In this document: positions 1 through 13,469 of the stretch, piece by piece
Layout: each line of letters opens with the position of its first letter
How positions within the stretch are numbered: position 1 is the stretch's first letter
From: the human T2T-CHM13v2.0 reference genome, Homo sapiens
Assembly: GCF_009914755.1 (NCBI RefSeq)
Contig: NC_060927.1
Direction: 5' to 3' (one strand)
DNA length: 64,000 nucleotides
Translations under genes and position numbers: made by a program
Notes under the pieces: model-generated
What the model was told of the DNA's origin: nothing
Database searches by the model: none
The model's input: only the letters and a program-made list of their open reading frames with translations

Positions 1-1924
1 GAAAATCCCATACCTCTATGTTTTATCTTCGTGGGATGCTACCTTAACAGCAAGTCATCTATTCACAGCATTAAATGTTTAGAAGGTATATTGGTGAAAC
101 AAGAAATGTTATTCCTCTGATGCTCTATTATGAGGTTGTTTTATCGCAGGACAATATGTGGTACAGAAAGGACAAGATCTATGGAGTCAGGTAGGAGACA
201 TGGAAGGGAGAAATTTGCAGGCAACATGTAGGTTTAATGGAGAGAAGGAAAAAACTAGAAATGGGAAATCTCCATCTTTCTACAGAGAAGAGTGAACTAA
301 AAGTAGTTAGAAAGACAGGTTTAAGAAACTAGACACAGAAGAAGATAAAAAGTCTAGGAATTTGCAGAAACTGAGTGAATTCAGCCACCCACCATTGGCT
401 AGAGGAAAACTCTAGTTACTTCTAACTTTTATATTTTATATTTTTCTCAATAGTTTCCATATAGTCAGCACCTAAATTGATGGCCCACTGTTTGTGTCTG
501 AATTGTCCCATAAGGCTAAGGAAAGGGGTGGTGCTGATAATCTTTGGTATTTCCAGTGTGAGGAGGGCTGGGAGACTCAAGTGTCTTAGAGAGAGTTCAG
601 CTCCAGCATGTGGGGCAAATTGGAGTAGTTTTGTTTCTTGCCCTTCTCTTTTGAAGTATTTATTCTATTCACACAATGTTTGCCATCAGAAACTCAATGC
701 TGTTGTGTTGGCCTCTCCTCTTCATCAAGTGTACCCAATATCTTATTTGATCAGGACCCTGATCTCTGGAGTACAATGTTTTGTTTGGCTGGGAGAAATG
801 AGAGCAACCAAATCATGGATAACAAAACAGATGTTTTTGTAAAACAAAGCAGAAAGTAAATCACGGTCCCCAGAAACCAAGAAACATTACTTTTTTCCTA
901 GTACTATGCAGAGATTTAAATTTTTAACCCAGAATGACTCGTTTTTGAAGACTTGGGCACACTGTATATACCATCGGTGGTGTTGGAGATGGGGAGAGAT
1001 AGGATTCAGAAGCCTGGAGCTCTCCCAACTACCTTAAGATGCACAGTTCTGAGGGACAGAGGTAACTGTTGCTGCCCTTATGGGTTGCAAATGGTGGAGC
1101 TGATGCAATCCCACCCACCAGAGGCCAGGTATTGGATGTATATATGGATGTGATGATTAGGGTTATAGGGATAAGTGTGGCTTTTCTTGCTTCTGATAAT
1201 ATATTTAATGGTGAGCGAGAATAAATGAATTCTATGTTTTTTAAAAACCACAGGAACCACCTTTAGGTAGTCATGCAGGAAGTGATTAAAAAAAGAAAGA
1301 AAGAAAAACTCAACTATTTCAGGCCTCTTCTTTCTGCCCATAAAGTGAGCACCTGTTGTTTCTTTGAATTCATCAAACACTTTAAACTCATTGATGTTTT
1401 TGTAAAACTTATGATAACATTTAATAGTGCATTTTAAGTGACAGTAAATTTTGGTAAGTATAGTACTTGTTTATGACTTTGAGCTACACAGAGTGCATTT
1501 GCTTTTTTGAAATATTGCGTCTAGCACCTAAGATGAGACTACTTCATATTCCTATGTTAAAAACTGTTGTCATGAACTTGGTCTAAATTCAGACTCATCA
1601 TCCATGAATGCACAGGGGTGGATGGAATCAATTTTAAATCAGTGAGCTGAATTGCAGGAATGTAAACTAAGTATAAGCTGTCATTCTAGAAAGTTGACTC
1701 AAGAAAACCAGGTCCTTAAGAAATATCCTGTGATTGCAGTGGATCTTCTGGTGAATAAATAAGCTACTGCTGCTAAATATGCCTCTACAATATGCTTGAC
1801 AGTAAAGAGAAGCAAGTGATGATCTTATGAATAAAAACAGCTACTGTCAGAAAAGTTGAGACACCCTGAAAAGTCAGTGTCCTCAGTTCTGCATTATGAC
1901 ACGTAGCAAATAGAAAAATATTAT

Positions 1925-2146
1925 GCTAATAATAGTAGTTGGTGTACTAAGTAATTGCTTTATGCAAAGAAGTTTACACCGATTATCCTTAAGACATCCC
2001 TGTAAAGTTAGCAATATTAGTAGCCTTATTTTACATGCAAGTTAACTTATATTTAATGTTTAGATCACATCGTTTTTTAGCAATAACGCTGAAATTTGAA
2101 TTCAAGTATGTTTCATTTCTGGGCCTACTCTCTTAACCACTATGCA
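1925..2146 (-). mobile_element. MIR SINE, degenerate
   Basis: MIR-like motifs (ccttattttacatg...gaaatttgaattcaag...ctcttaaccactatgc). Confidence 0.6.
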
Positions 2147-2515
2147 GGGTTAAATATCTAAACACATCCTGATTTTTGATGATGGATAATAATAAATGGA
2201 TTACTATTGCACTTTGGGATCTGTTGTTGTGTTGTTATTTTACACATCACTTGCAGTTATCCACGTGTGATTACTGGAAGGTGGGCTATGAGGTTAATTG
2301 ACTGCAGTCATTTAGTCAATGTTTACGAAAGCAGACTTCTAAGTCCTCTTGACTCTATGTCCATGGGTCCCTATATTTTGCTCTTTAGCAGGCCTAACCT
2401 ATGCTTGTAACTTAGAATATTATTCAATATGATGTTCTATTTCTCCCTTTTGCTTATTGTAATACACTGTATCTCACACTTTTTGACTTAATTAAACCGA
2501 GATATAGTCTCTTTA

Positions 2516-2900
2516 TGTATTAATTTTGCTAGGGCTGTTATAACAAAGTATCACAGATTGGGTGGCTTAAACAACAAAAATTTATTTTCTCATGATTGTG
2601 GAAGCTAAAAGTCTGAGAGCAAGGAATCAGCAGGGTTATTTTTTTTTTTCTATGACCTTTCTCCTTGGCTTGTAGATGACCATTTTTTCCTCTTCTACCT
2701 GTCTTCTCATTGTCTTCTCTCTCTACATGTCTATGTCCAAATCTCTTCTTACAAGGATACCATTCAGATTTTTAGACCCACTCTAATGGCCTCATTTTAA
2801 CTTGATCACCTCTTTAAAAAAACTTATCTCCCAATACAGCCATATTCTGAGGTACTGGAGACTAGGGATTTAAGATATGAATTACAGTTTGAAGGACTCA
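2516..2900 (-). mobile_element. MLT1B/C-type MaLR solo LTR
   Basis: Begins tgtattaattttgctagggctgttataacaaagtatcacagattgggtggcttaaacaac, the reverse complement of the MLT1 3' end; similar to the + strand copy at 35497. Confidence 0.85.
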
Positions 2901-4180
2901 AACTGCTTGCTGATAGTTTAGAATTTCAAAATCAAAAACCTCTACTTTACCCTTTCTAACCAAAACAAGTAAAACATATTCAAGTTAAGAGGTTTAAAGA
3001 TAATACTGACTTTCAAATGGAATGTGAAATTCCTCAAGGGCCATGAAAATGTCACAGAAATTCTTTTTGCCCCGGTCCCCCACACATCCAATTTTGATTA
3101 GATTAAAACCCACACAACTGGCTATTACTAACTATTCCCATTAGAGCTACCTGAGAGATTTATGAAATGATCTGTTGTTACATCTAAAACAGTTATTATT
3201 TCTGCTAATTAATAATTCATTTAAACTAAATATGCAGGCAAAATACTAACCTGTCTTCAGGACCCAGTAGCAAATTACTAAATCAGGCCTGATTCTACCT
3301 TAGTATTCCAAAGACTATGACAGCATTTGTCAACAAATATTAAAAATAGTGTCATTTGGTTCTGTGTCGGTGACAAAGATCATGACACTTTTCAGAAAGG
3401 CCAAGCAAAATCAGTATTTCTGTATGATTCAAAGTATAGTGTGATAAGAGATAGAGAGAAGACTAAGAAAGGAACAGAACATGAAAAGCATTATGTATCA
3501 AAGATCTTGGACTCCAATATCCAAAATAAATTCACAGGGTGCCTATTCTGTTCTATGTACCGTTTGAATCCCTAAATACACAACAATTCTCCTGACAGAA
3601 ATGATTTCTGGTCTCATGGAACTCAGTATCTCACAGGGAAGACACACAATCCCCAATAGGGGGAGGTCCTTTGAAGAATTTCATATAGTTAAGCCACATG
3701 ATCAGATTTTTAACAATTCCTAAGAATCAGATCTCCCAAATTTAACTTAGTTGAATGTTTAAATTTAATTCAGATTTATTTTTTTTTCTTGGATAGAAAA
3801 ATAAAGATGCACGTTAAGCTTCTAGCAACATTCTGGAGGTTAGAAAGCTGAACTCAAAATCGTCTGTCCCCATTCTTGTGATACCAAAGAAAAAGTGGCT
3901 GGGCAGACGTGACACTAAGTATTCCCATTCTATAACCCTGGTTCCTTCCAGGCTGTGTTAATCTGGCATTCCAGGGCTAGCGATAAAGCCCTGGGGTGCT
4001 TTGTTTACAAACCAAGGCAAAATAATTTACAGAATATTTTCCTATAAAAAGAATAACTTCAAGAGGTTTTAAACTTTTCCTAATAATACTGACTTTTAAG
4101 AACTCTTTGAAATTGCCTTCAAAAGCAGTTTAAAATAATAAAAGAATTCAGGATAATAATTTTAAGATCCCATATTCTTT

Positions 4181-4375
4181 CAGTGGTTCTCAAAATGTGG
4201 TCTCTAGACCACATCAGTATCACCTGGAAACTTTTTAGAAAAGTACGTTTTCAGGTGCCACCCTCAACGAAATGATCAGAAACTCTGAGGGTAGACAGAG
4301 CACTCTGGGTCTGAATGAGAGCCCCATGGTATACTGAGGCTGTTAATCTGGGGAATCACACTTTAAGAATCACTG
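4181..4375. mobile_element. MER5A/B hAT-Charlie MITE
   Basis: TIRs cagtggttctcaaa ... tttaagaatcactg; ~195 bp; internal catcagtatcacctggaaact. Confidence 0.85.
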
Positions 4376-4819
4376 TATTATTTTGTCCCAATTAATATTA
4401 ATCACATTGATCATTTCATCTTATCACTAGCCACCCTTAAGTGACTGAGCAGCTTCTCAAAGCCACCCTCAGAAAATAAATCATTCTTACCAGTGAGGTT
4501 ATTTAAGAAAGCACGCTGCATGATATCAAGGTAATTCTAATAACAACAACAAAAAAGCAGAAACAGCACAATGGGGTTATTTGGAAAGAGAATGATTATT
4601 TGAATAAATATATACTCATCAGTCTTGCAACATGGCAACGGAAAAGCTGTGGTCATATAGGTCAAACTTAGTATAAGTAAATTTATATTTTGTTTCCTGA
4701 CTTATTTTCTGCCAACTTTTTTCCACGGTGTGTGTACAAAAAAAAGTTATCAAGCTGGAGAATCCTAAACAACAGGAATCTTATTTTACACTTCATCATT
4801 TATCTTAAGAACGTTTTCA

Positions 4820-5143
<324 letters not shown>

Positions 5144-5150
5144 TTATTAT

Positions 5151-5228
5151 AAACCACCACGGCACACATTTACCTAGGTAACAAACCTGCACATGTACCC
5201 CGGAACTTAAAATAAAATTTTTAAAAAA
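5151..5228 (+). mobile_element. L1PA 3'-terminal fragment (~80 bp)
   Basis: aaaccaccacggcacacatttacctaggtaacaaacctgcacatgtaccccggaacttaaaataaa matches the L1PA 3' UTR end. Confidence 0.85.
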
Positions 5229-6825
5229 GAGTACACCAAAAAAAATTGCTAATTGGAGAAACCAGTAAGCACAAATTCCTCAAGTACTTCACAAAGTGTA
5301 GCATTTTTGCATTCTGTAGCACATGTAAGCTTCAGTGGAAAGTTGTACAATTCGACATGGCTGTAGCTTGAAAAAGAAGCATGCTATTTCTTATAGGCTT
5401 TAATAGGTAAACTCTATTAAAATCATCTTTTTACCAGTAAAGAATTTCTTAATAATTTGCTGTTTGTAAAATAGTTACCTTTTTTAAAGAATGTATGACT
5501 TTTTTGGAAATGTATTTTTAAGTGCGTTCTTTCGGACCCACAAATTCAGGATGATGGAAAGGAAGACAGTTGTGGTTTTACTAAATGAGTAAATGTGTGG
5601 AAGTATTACATAACCAAAGGGGTTCATGTTTTAGTGCAAGTGGCTAGAATTTTAAATAGCTCTAAAGTTCCCTTTCTATTGATTTATATTCAGACAAAAA
5701 GCCCTACTGTATAAACCAGGAAAGAACAAGCATGTAGATGGATAATACAGCTATATTAGCTGCTATGTCAGCAGTTTCCATACTCAGATTAATGCACAAA
5801 GAGACTCTCTCTTGACATCTGTTTATGTGCCACAAGCCAGACAAACAAAGGCAATCTACTAACCAGCATAAATTACACACACATTTCTTGTCTCTTATTA
5901 CCAAATGGGTTATTGCCACTCTCAAAAAAAATGTTAAACATTTTTCTTTAACAGAACAAAAGTCTGGACACACTCAATACACATCTCTTGAAATGAAGAA
6001 CTGTTGTATTTTTAGTATACGTTCTTTGAATGTTATTTCAATTATTTATTAAGTACTCCCAGGCATCTAGGTGTCAAGGAAATAATTTCTTGTGAAATCT
6101 CACTGACTCTTTGTTAAATTCTAGTAGATGCTAGAGAGAATATGTTAGTTCTCTTGGAGGAATAACATGCAAGATGCAGAGATTTAATTGTTAAAAAAGA
6201 TTCAGACCTCTGTCCTCCTCATGCTAATGAAGTGTTTTCTCATTAGACAATTAGAAGGGTAGTCTTCACTCACGTCAGATATGCCTGCTGTTCTACTTTC
6301 TTGCACCCTACCAATTAAAAAAAAATTAAGTTGCCATTGAGAGTAGATTGACAGCTACAAAGCAATTTGGGAAAAGTTTGCTGTCAGGTAAGCCTGAAAC
6401 CGGTTTCTGAGACAGTACATGGCTCCTTCCTATCTTAGAAAAATACAGAAAACCATAGTTATTTTGCAGGAAAATATGTTATCTGTTGGAATGACCTGGC
6501 TTTTGTGGCATGACTACCCTACCTAAGAATGGATACAGTATCTAATTTGAGGAAATATTTGACTACAATGAGATGACTAGGAAGAATTTGGCCACCTTTA
6601 CATGTAGCCTAGCAAGGAAATCAATTGTGTTACTGTGACTCTGAAACTTCAGCCAGGTAGTATTGGCTATCTAAGTCTGTGTGTTAAAAAAGGTCTGACT
6701 TGCATCATGTCAGCAGGAATAAAGGCCTTTTAGATTAGGTATGGCTGCCATAGATGAGAGAGGGGGAGGGTGGCCCTTGAGCCAGGGGCTGTTATTCTTT
6801 ATGGGAAAAGAGGGTTATAACCAAC

Positions 6826-7590
6826 TGCCACTGAGATGTCTAATGAATATCTCAAATTCGTCCTGTCGATAAGTGAACTTCTTCCTCTCCCCACCACTCA
6901 CTTGCTCTCACTCCACCTGCAGTCTTCTTTATACCATTTGAAGACATCTTCATCCTTCCAGCTGCTCAGGGCAAGCAACTTGGGGGCATTTCTGATTCCT
7001 CTCTTTCTTTCATCCAGTCTCTCAGGATATTCATTTGGATTAACTTTCAAAATAAATTCAAAGTTCACTGTTATCATCATGGTAGTAGTTACTATCATCT
7101 GTTTTAGAAAGCCTAGATTTTCTAGTCATCCCAACATACACTTAAACACACATTAACAAAAACAAAATGCATCTTTCAAAAACTGAAATCGGATTAAGTC
7201 ATACATCTGTTTTTCCTAAGGTAGCCTTTCTACTTTCCTAAGGTAACAGAGTGGCTGCCTCTGTATGGAGTGCCTGTCCCTCTGCTCCAGATATCTGCAA
7301 GGTGCACTCTCTCAGCTGCTACAAGTCTTTGTTCAAATTTCACCCTCTCAGGGAGGTCTTCTCTGATGCAATTTCAATTCTTCCTGGCATTCTCAATCTT
7401 CTTTGATCTGTTTTTTAGTAATGTATATATATTAACATACCATAAAATTTACTTAGTAATTTTTTTTCTATTTCTCCACTAGAATGCTGGTTTCCAAGTG
7501 CTAGTGACTGGGGGCTCTTGTGCTTAGTGATGTAGCCCAAGTGCCTGGATCAATGACTGGCCTATGTCAATGATTTTATAAATGTCCATA
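6826..7590 (+). mobile_element. L2 LINE 3' portion, fragmented
   Basis: gatgtctaatgaatatctcaaa... and an L2 3'-end-like ccactagaatg...gtgcctgg. Confidence 0.7.
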
Positions 7591-7794
7591 GGATTTTAAT
7601 AAATGTCACTTGAAAAATAAATACATTTTGTTCTCATGTCAGTATAGAGGATAATATTCAAGGATAATATTCATTATTGGGAATTTGATCTTCAACATAA
7701 AATTGAATAAAGAATGCAGTCTGGAACCAAGTAGCTGAAATTATAGTTTTCTCTACTTAAGATAATTATGCCAAATGCACTCATTTAGTTTAAT

Positions 7795-7900
7795 GACTAT
7801 ATTATTATATTGTGGATTACGGTATAATAATATAATGTATATTATACTATATTATAATATAGTATTATACTATATAATACTATACTGATCATACTATGTT
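7795..7900. repeat. AT-rich low-complexity tract with a 22-bp perfect palindrome
   Basis: atactatattataatatagtat at 7844-7865. Confidence 0.85.
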
Positions 7901-9009
7901 ACAAATCTTAAAATAGAATGTTGAACACACATGCAAACATACAAACAAAAATCTAAGTTTTCATGATAATAATTTTTTAGTTGCTTCTCCCATCTAGTTC
8001 GTAAAACCGTTCATGGAAAGATGAAACCTCAATAGGCCCATATAGGATGACCTACATTAGTACTTCAAATATTAAAAAAAAGAAACTCAAGAAAAAGATT
8101 ACATTAAACCCTTAAGTTTCTACAGCTGCCTAAGATGAGTTTTTAGGCTCATTAGAAGTTTATTAAATGAGTCAATTTTCTATTTTCTATAATGCTTTCT
8201 TCAAAACTTTTACTGTGGCATATGCTTTTAATCCACAGTATAATATAGTTATTAAATTAAATGAACGCATGTGGCATAATTATCTTAAGTAGGGAAAACT
8301 ATAATTTCAGCCCCTTAGTTCCACACTGCATCCTTTATCCAATTTTATGTTGATGATCAAATTCCCCTTTGCTGTGAGCTAAAGTTCTTGACCTATCCAT
8401 TTTGTAGCTTTAGAGAATTTGCCAGGACACTATAGGAAAGAGCCACTGAAAAAGAAGGCATATCATTTAAGAGTAGCTGAATTGTGTTGTATTAGATGAT
8501 TATGATGTTTTTGAGTATCCACCCTGGAAACGTTCTCTCTAAAGCTATCTTATTTTCATGAAATGTGCCAACCAGTGATGTAATTAGGCATAAAGAGCAC
8601 AGAGCCACAGGAAGACCTTTGTAACACGCTGGAAAAGTTGTAGCAAGGTTAAACCCCAGGCCAGGCATCACTGTAAATCAAGGCACACATTTCGAAGGAA
8701 AAGACACTTGACAGTGGAAAAGAGCAAGCGCACGTTCCTTTACCTTTAACAATCTCCCCCTTGTGGCCAGAGTGTGAATAAACACATGAGCTGTGGCCTT
8801 GGACATGACTTTGCTTCGAGTTCAATGGCAGTACCTCACCTAAATTGATCATGAGTTCCTCTGCGTAAACTTGGTGCCTGTAAAACTTAATTTACTCAAT
8901 TAGTAAATATTAATCACAACTTTTGGCAATAATGCGTGCCCATCCCACAGCTGACTAGAACTTATTCTTTTAAGAGAATAAGATCTGGATGTATACTCCT
9001 CCTAGAGCT

Positions 9010-9125
9010 ACCAGACCTGTAAAGTGAAGATAGCTCCTATCTCAAAGAAGGTTGTAAGAATTAAATGCAAAGTGCCTAGAACAATGTTGCATGTGTAAAT
9101 GCTTAAAACATACTCACTATTCATC
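9010..9125 (+). mobile_element. MIR 3' fragment
   Basis: ctgtaaagtgaagatag...gttgtaagaattaaatgcaaagtgcctagaaca. Confidence 0.6.
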
Positions 9126-9849
9126 TTTACTGCCAATTTGTAGAAAAGTGTTTTTTCAGAAAACCCTCTGGACTAGAGCCTGTAATCAAAAGAACAGAAA
9201 GTGTCAGATTAACTAAAATTCAATTACACAATCACGTATATTACACACAAACCAAGTTCTGATCTAGAAACAAAAAAGTGTTTGATTTTGGGGTAAAATC
9301 CATGAAAATTTCCTATAAATGAATCTTTATTTGGGTCAAGTAAAGATGCTGTATGGAACTCAGAAGATTAGGCAAAGTCTGTAATATCAGCTGGTGTTAT
9401 CAAGAAGTTATGCATCAGATCATAGAAAAATACATTGCTCTTTTATTTCATTTAAATTGATTAAGCACTAAAAAAAGTCATAAATAAATATTCAGGCCCA
9501 TTCAGCAATTTGATTTGTTTTATTTTAAGATTATACTAATTAGAAGGATTTAAATACAAGTCAAGTCTGCTGCATTGTTTGATGAACTAATAAAAATCCA
9601 TCTGGACTCTGGGCATGATAACAAAATTAAAGATACATATCAGCATCTGAATGAGTACCTAGATTCCAGAAGATTAATATCTTTCAACTCCTGCTATATC
9701 AAATTACTCACATCTCTGTAGCCTTTTTATAATTTCTTAGAGCTTTAGAAATGCTTAATAATTGAGAATAATACATGCGATAGAATGAAATAATCCAAAT
9801 GTGTATTTCTTATTTTGTAGACAATGATCTTGCTATGTTCAATTTGCCA

Positions 9850-10200
9850 AGCTTTTATTGAGAAATGCTATGCACTAAGTTCTGTGCTAAGGGGACATTG
9901 GTAACACAGAGATGAATAGCATATGGCTCCTACCTCCAAGGAGATGAGAGAGACATGCAAAAAAAAAATAATTAAAATAGCAAGTGGCATATGCAATTGA
10001 AGAAATATTTGCAGGGAGCATAGGCTGTAAAAATGTTGTTTCTGAGTGAGAAAGACAAGGGACACTTAGGCAGAAGAATGATGGTTCCTGGGAAGAATAA
10101 GAACATTTTATGAAGACAAAGAAAAAAGAGCTTTGCAGGAAATTGTACAGTAGCAAGAAGCAGTCAGCTACATTGGGAAGTCTTCAAGCAGTTCCGCTTG
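9850..10200 (-). mobile_element. L2 3' fragment
   Basis: tttattgagaaatgctatgcactaagttctgtgctaagg...atggctcctacctccaaggag. Confidence 0.55.
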
Positions 10201-10725
10201 GTTGATACACAGTTTGATGCTTTTGCCATTGTCACACCTTGGATTTTATATAACTAAAATAAAAATTGCTTTGATTCTTAGTTCTGGCATTTCCCAGCAT
10301 ACCATGTCATTAAGTCCTGTTACTTTATAGACAAAGGATCTGGATAACTTTACACCAAAAGCAGAACTTACAGACACTACTGTTCACATAAAAATGAACC
10401 AAAAAGAAACCATAATTATTGCATAATATTCCCTCCAAGTTCTTCTATGCAGTTTTAAATTTGTACAGTAATTTGTCTAATTTCCTTCTGGTAAATACTA
10501 TGCAATTTTGATAAACTTTTTGAGCTTCTTTTGCCTAGCTTTCATTCTACATCTACATTGACTTCTACATTGAATCCATTGAATACTGAATGAGTAAAGT
10601 GGTTATAGGTAAATGTACAGTGTATTCTGGATGGAAAGAATAGCTTGCTATGTGTTTTGTTTTCCTCTGTTCGTTAATCTTCTTATCTTCAGGGTAACTC
10701 AGTATTTTCCAGACTTCATCTTTAT

Positions 10726-10893
10726 AGGAAGGAAGGATGGAAGGAAGGACGGAAGGAAGGAAGGAAGGGAGGGAGGAAGGGAGGAAGGAAGGAAGGGAGG
10801 GAGGAAGGAACTGAGGGGGAGGGGAGGGGAGGGGAGGGAGGGAAGGAAAGAAGGAAGGAAGGAAGGAAGGAAGGAAAGAAGGAAGGAAGGAAA
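10726..10893 (+). repeat. (GGAA)n/(GGGA)n polypurine microsatellite
   Basis: ~168 bp almost entirely G/A, seen directly. Confidence 0.97.
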
Positions 10894-11499
10894 ATAGGCT
10901 TATGTGAGGAGGTTTGGGCCCCACAAATTGTTATTTTACAAGAAAAACTCTGAAATATGAGAACCAAAACAACAGCCCTTCACATACCCCAAATGATAAG
11001 AGGCAGAGCAGAATTGTCCCACTAATATCAGAATATGGTTTGGTCCTGGTGTACTGAGCATGGAGTAAATGTAGTATACTTTTGTACCTCACCAAGCCTT
11101 TACACCTTTGGAAGAATAAGGGATTAATACTCTGTGTAAAAATATCGACAGCCTCAAGGATATTAGAAGCTGCAGAGACAGAAGGTAATGATTCTTGTTA
11201 AAATGCTTCATAATCAGCAGGTAAAAAACTAAGCTGGAATTGGAAAATATGAAGAAGCATTTACAAGAATATGCGAGACAAACCCTGAGATTTCCAAAAC
11301 TGTATAGAAAAAAATCCAGAGACTGGGTCAAAACTATTACTCAGGTAAGGAAACAACTGATGAAATTAATTGTTAATTTAATATCATTTATACTCATATG
11401 CAGGAAGGCTTAAAGAATTCAAGCCACATATTATTTTACAGCAACAAGAAAGACAGAAGCAGTAATGAAAACCTATTCCGGGGCTGTTATACACGAAAA

Positions 11500-11690
11500 C
11501 TTCAAGAACTTTAGATACATTAGATCCTCAGAAGAATAGTCTGAGGTGGGTGTCGTCATCCCTGTAATTCCAGTATGAAAAATGAAATATAGACACCTCA
11601 AGTACTTTGCCTCTGATCATGCATATAGTAAACAACAGAGCTAGGGTGGAACTAGGACCGTCTAATCTCAAAGTCTCTGCTTCTTCTCAT
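11500..11690 (-). mobile_element. MIR
   Basis: atcctcagaagaatagtctgaggtggg...gagctagggtggaactaggaccgtctaatctcaaag. Confidence 0.55.
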
Positions 11691-11820
11691 AAGATATGGA
11701 GGGCCAGCTGTTACTTAGTTTATAGTTTAAAGTGGAGTCCTAAGGAATGAGACCAGCAGACCCAAAAACCATAATGGGCAAGAACATTCTCAATTCTTCT
11801 TGAAGCCTCAAAATTAAAAT

Positions 11821-11990
11821 TTCCGGATTTAGAAAGTAAAAATACAAATGCCAGTTAAATTTGAATTTTAGATAGGCAATGACTACTTTTTAGTATAGGT
11901 ATATCCCAAACATTTTATGCTAAATATTTTATTTGTGGTATATCTGAAATTCAAATTTAACTGGATTTTCTGTATTTCATCTGGTCAATC
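11821..11990. mobile_element. MER53 palindromic hAT MITE
   Basis: Inverted arms ccagttaaatttgaattttagata (11851-11874) and tatctgaaattcaaatttaactgg (11941-11964), 23/24 complementary. Confidence 0.88.
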
Positions 11991-12780
11991 ATACTCAATA
12001 CAAAAAATTATGCTACTTCTTGTATTAATTTGTTTTAAATGTCAAAATTGACAAAAATGTTCAGTGTTGAATTCTAACTCAAATGGCTATTTCTTCAAAG
12101 CATTAGATAATAGCTATGTTTTCCATGCTGTTTTCATGGAAGCAGCCAGCAAATATACCCAGAATTTTCTGTGAATTGTTGAGTATAGCAACAAAATAGA
12201 TCAAATACTGGAAAAAAGCCTTAAGAGAAGTTTTAGTCATCCTGTGTACCTTATCATAAGCTATTCCAGGGAATCTCTAGCATGTGATTCACTCTGAAAA
12301 CAAAAACAAGAGAAATAATTGGTATTTACTGAGAATAGTGTTTGTCAGCTCATACCTAGCTACCATTTCATTTTATCCCACAGCTTCCTCCTAACATGGG
12401 TGGACAAAAGATGAGATCATCATATTTAACAGGCACTACAGCAACAGGAAAACCTGGTGCTTTTGGAACGTAAAATTACTGAGTTTGACATGAAACTAAG
12501 AAACTGGGGTTCACATGGACTTCCTGGAGTTTAAGCATGTCTGATGTACTCAAAATGCTAAATTAGATTTCATGCACTGAGCCTCTTTATCTTTATTTTC
12601 TTGAAGATTTTGAGTGTGAATAGGCTTAAAGAAGTGTCGAGCCATTGTGGAACCACTACAACCCCTGCCATGATTACAATTCCCAGGGTATGTGATTGTA
12701 CAAGTAAGTGGCATCCTCATCCTGGTCTTTTCCCCAAATTTGTTTTGAATCATGTGTAAGTTCTGTCGCCCCTCTATGCA

Positions 12781-12975
12781 AGCAGAATAGAGGTTGAGAG
12801 CCTATGGTTTGGAGCCTGACTGCGTGGTATCAAATCCTGACTGTGCCAGTGTGTTATATATATGTAATCAAAGCATATCATTTTGGTTTTACCTCGCTAG
12901 GATTGTTAGGAGAATTAAAAGCACTTAGAAGAGTGCTAGATATATAGTAAGTTCTGAATACATGTTATTTATTTT
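12781..12975 (+). mobile_element. MIR with internal deletion
   Basis: ggttgagagcctatggtttggagcctgactg...caaatcctgactgtgcc...gcacttagaagagtgc. Confidence 0.65.
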
Positions 12976-13469
12976 GTTTCTTTAGCAAAACTAGTCATAT
13001 TGCATAAGATATTTTATAAAGATAAACTTCAATAATTAGCCTTGTGACTGGAAACAACATAGGAAACATTCTGGATCTTAATTAATTTCCTTAGTGGTAA
13101 GATGAGGAAATCTCAGAAATGATCCTTAAATAGTGAATGCCAAAATAGTCTATGCTAATTAATTACAATTACAGTTGCTAGTGATCATTGTAATAAAATA
13201 TCTTTGAAGGATGTCTCAGATGTAAAAAAATATTAACAGTCACATTGGGAAACTGGGTTGTAGATAATAAAGTTAAACTCTGCCACTCACTGAGGATGTT
13301 TCTATCTAAGTTCTCTAGTATCTAATCATTCTTTAGTGTATTATCACTTTTAAGAGCTCAGATAGATATAGAAAGCATTATATAGTAAAATCTCTAAAAT
13401 TGTAACAAGAGAAACCAAAGGATCCAAGAGGCATAGTGCTTTGTTCAAGTTAAAGTCAGCAAATTGGTG

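Noticed and set aside
477-1380. ORFs of 66-121 aa at the window start
   Set aside because: Non-ATG starts, no recognisable domain, no supported splice structure; consistent with chance ORFs
1580-1900. Possible CR1/L3 ancient LINE remnant
   Set aside because: Similarity too faint to call by eye
10565-10967. PSFL/GRKE-repeat ORFs
   Set aside because: Translations of the GGAA microsatellite
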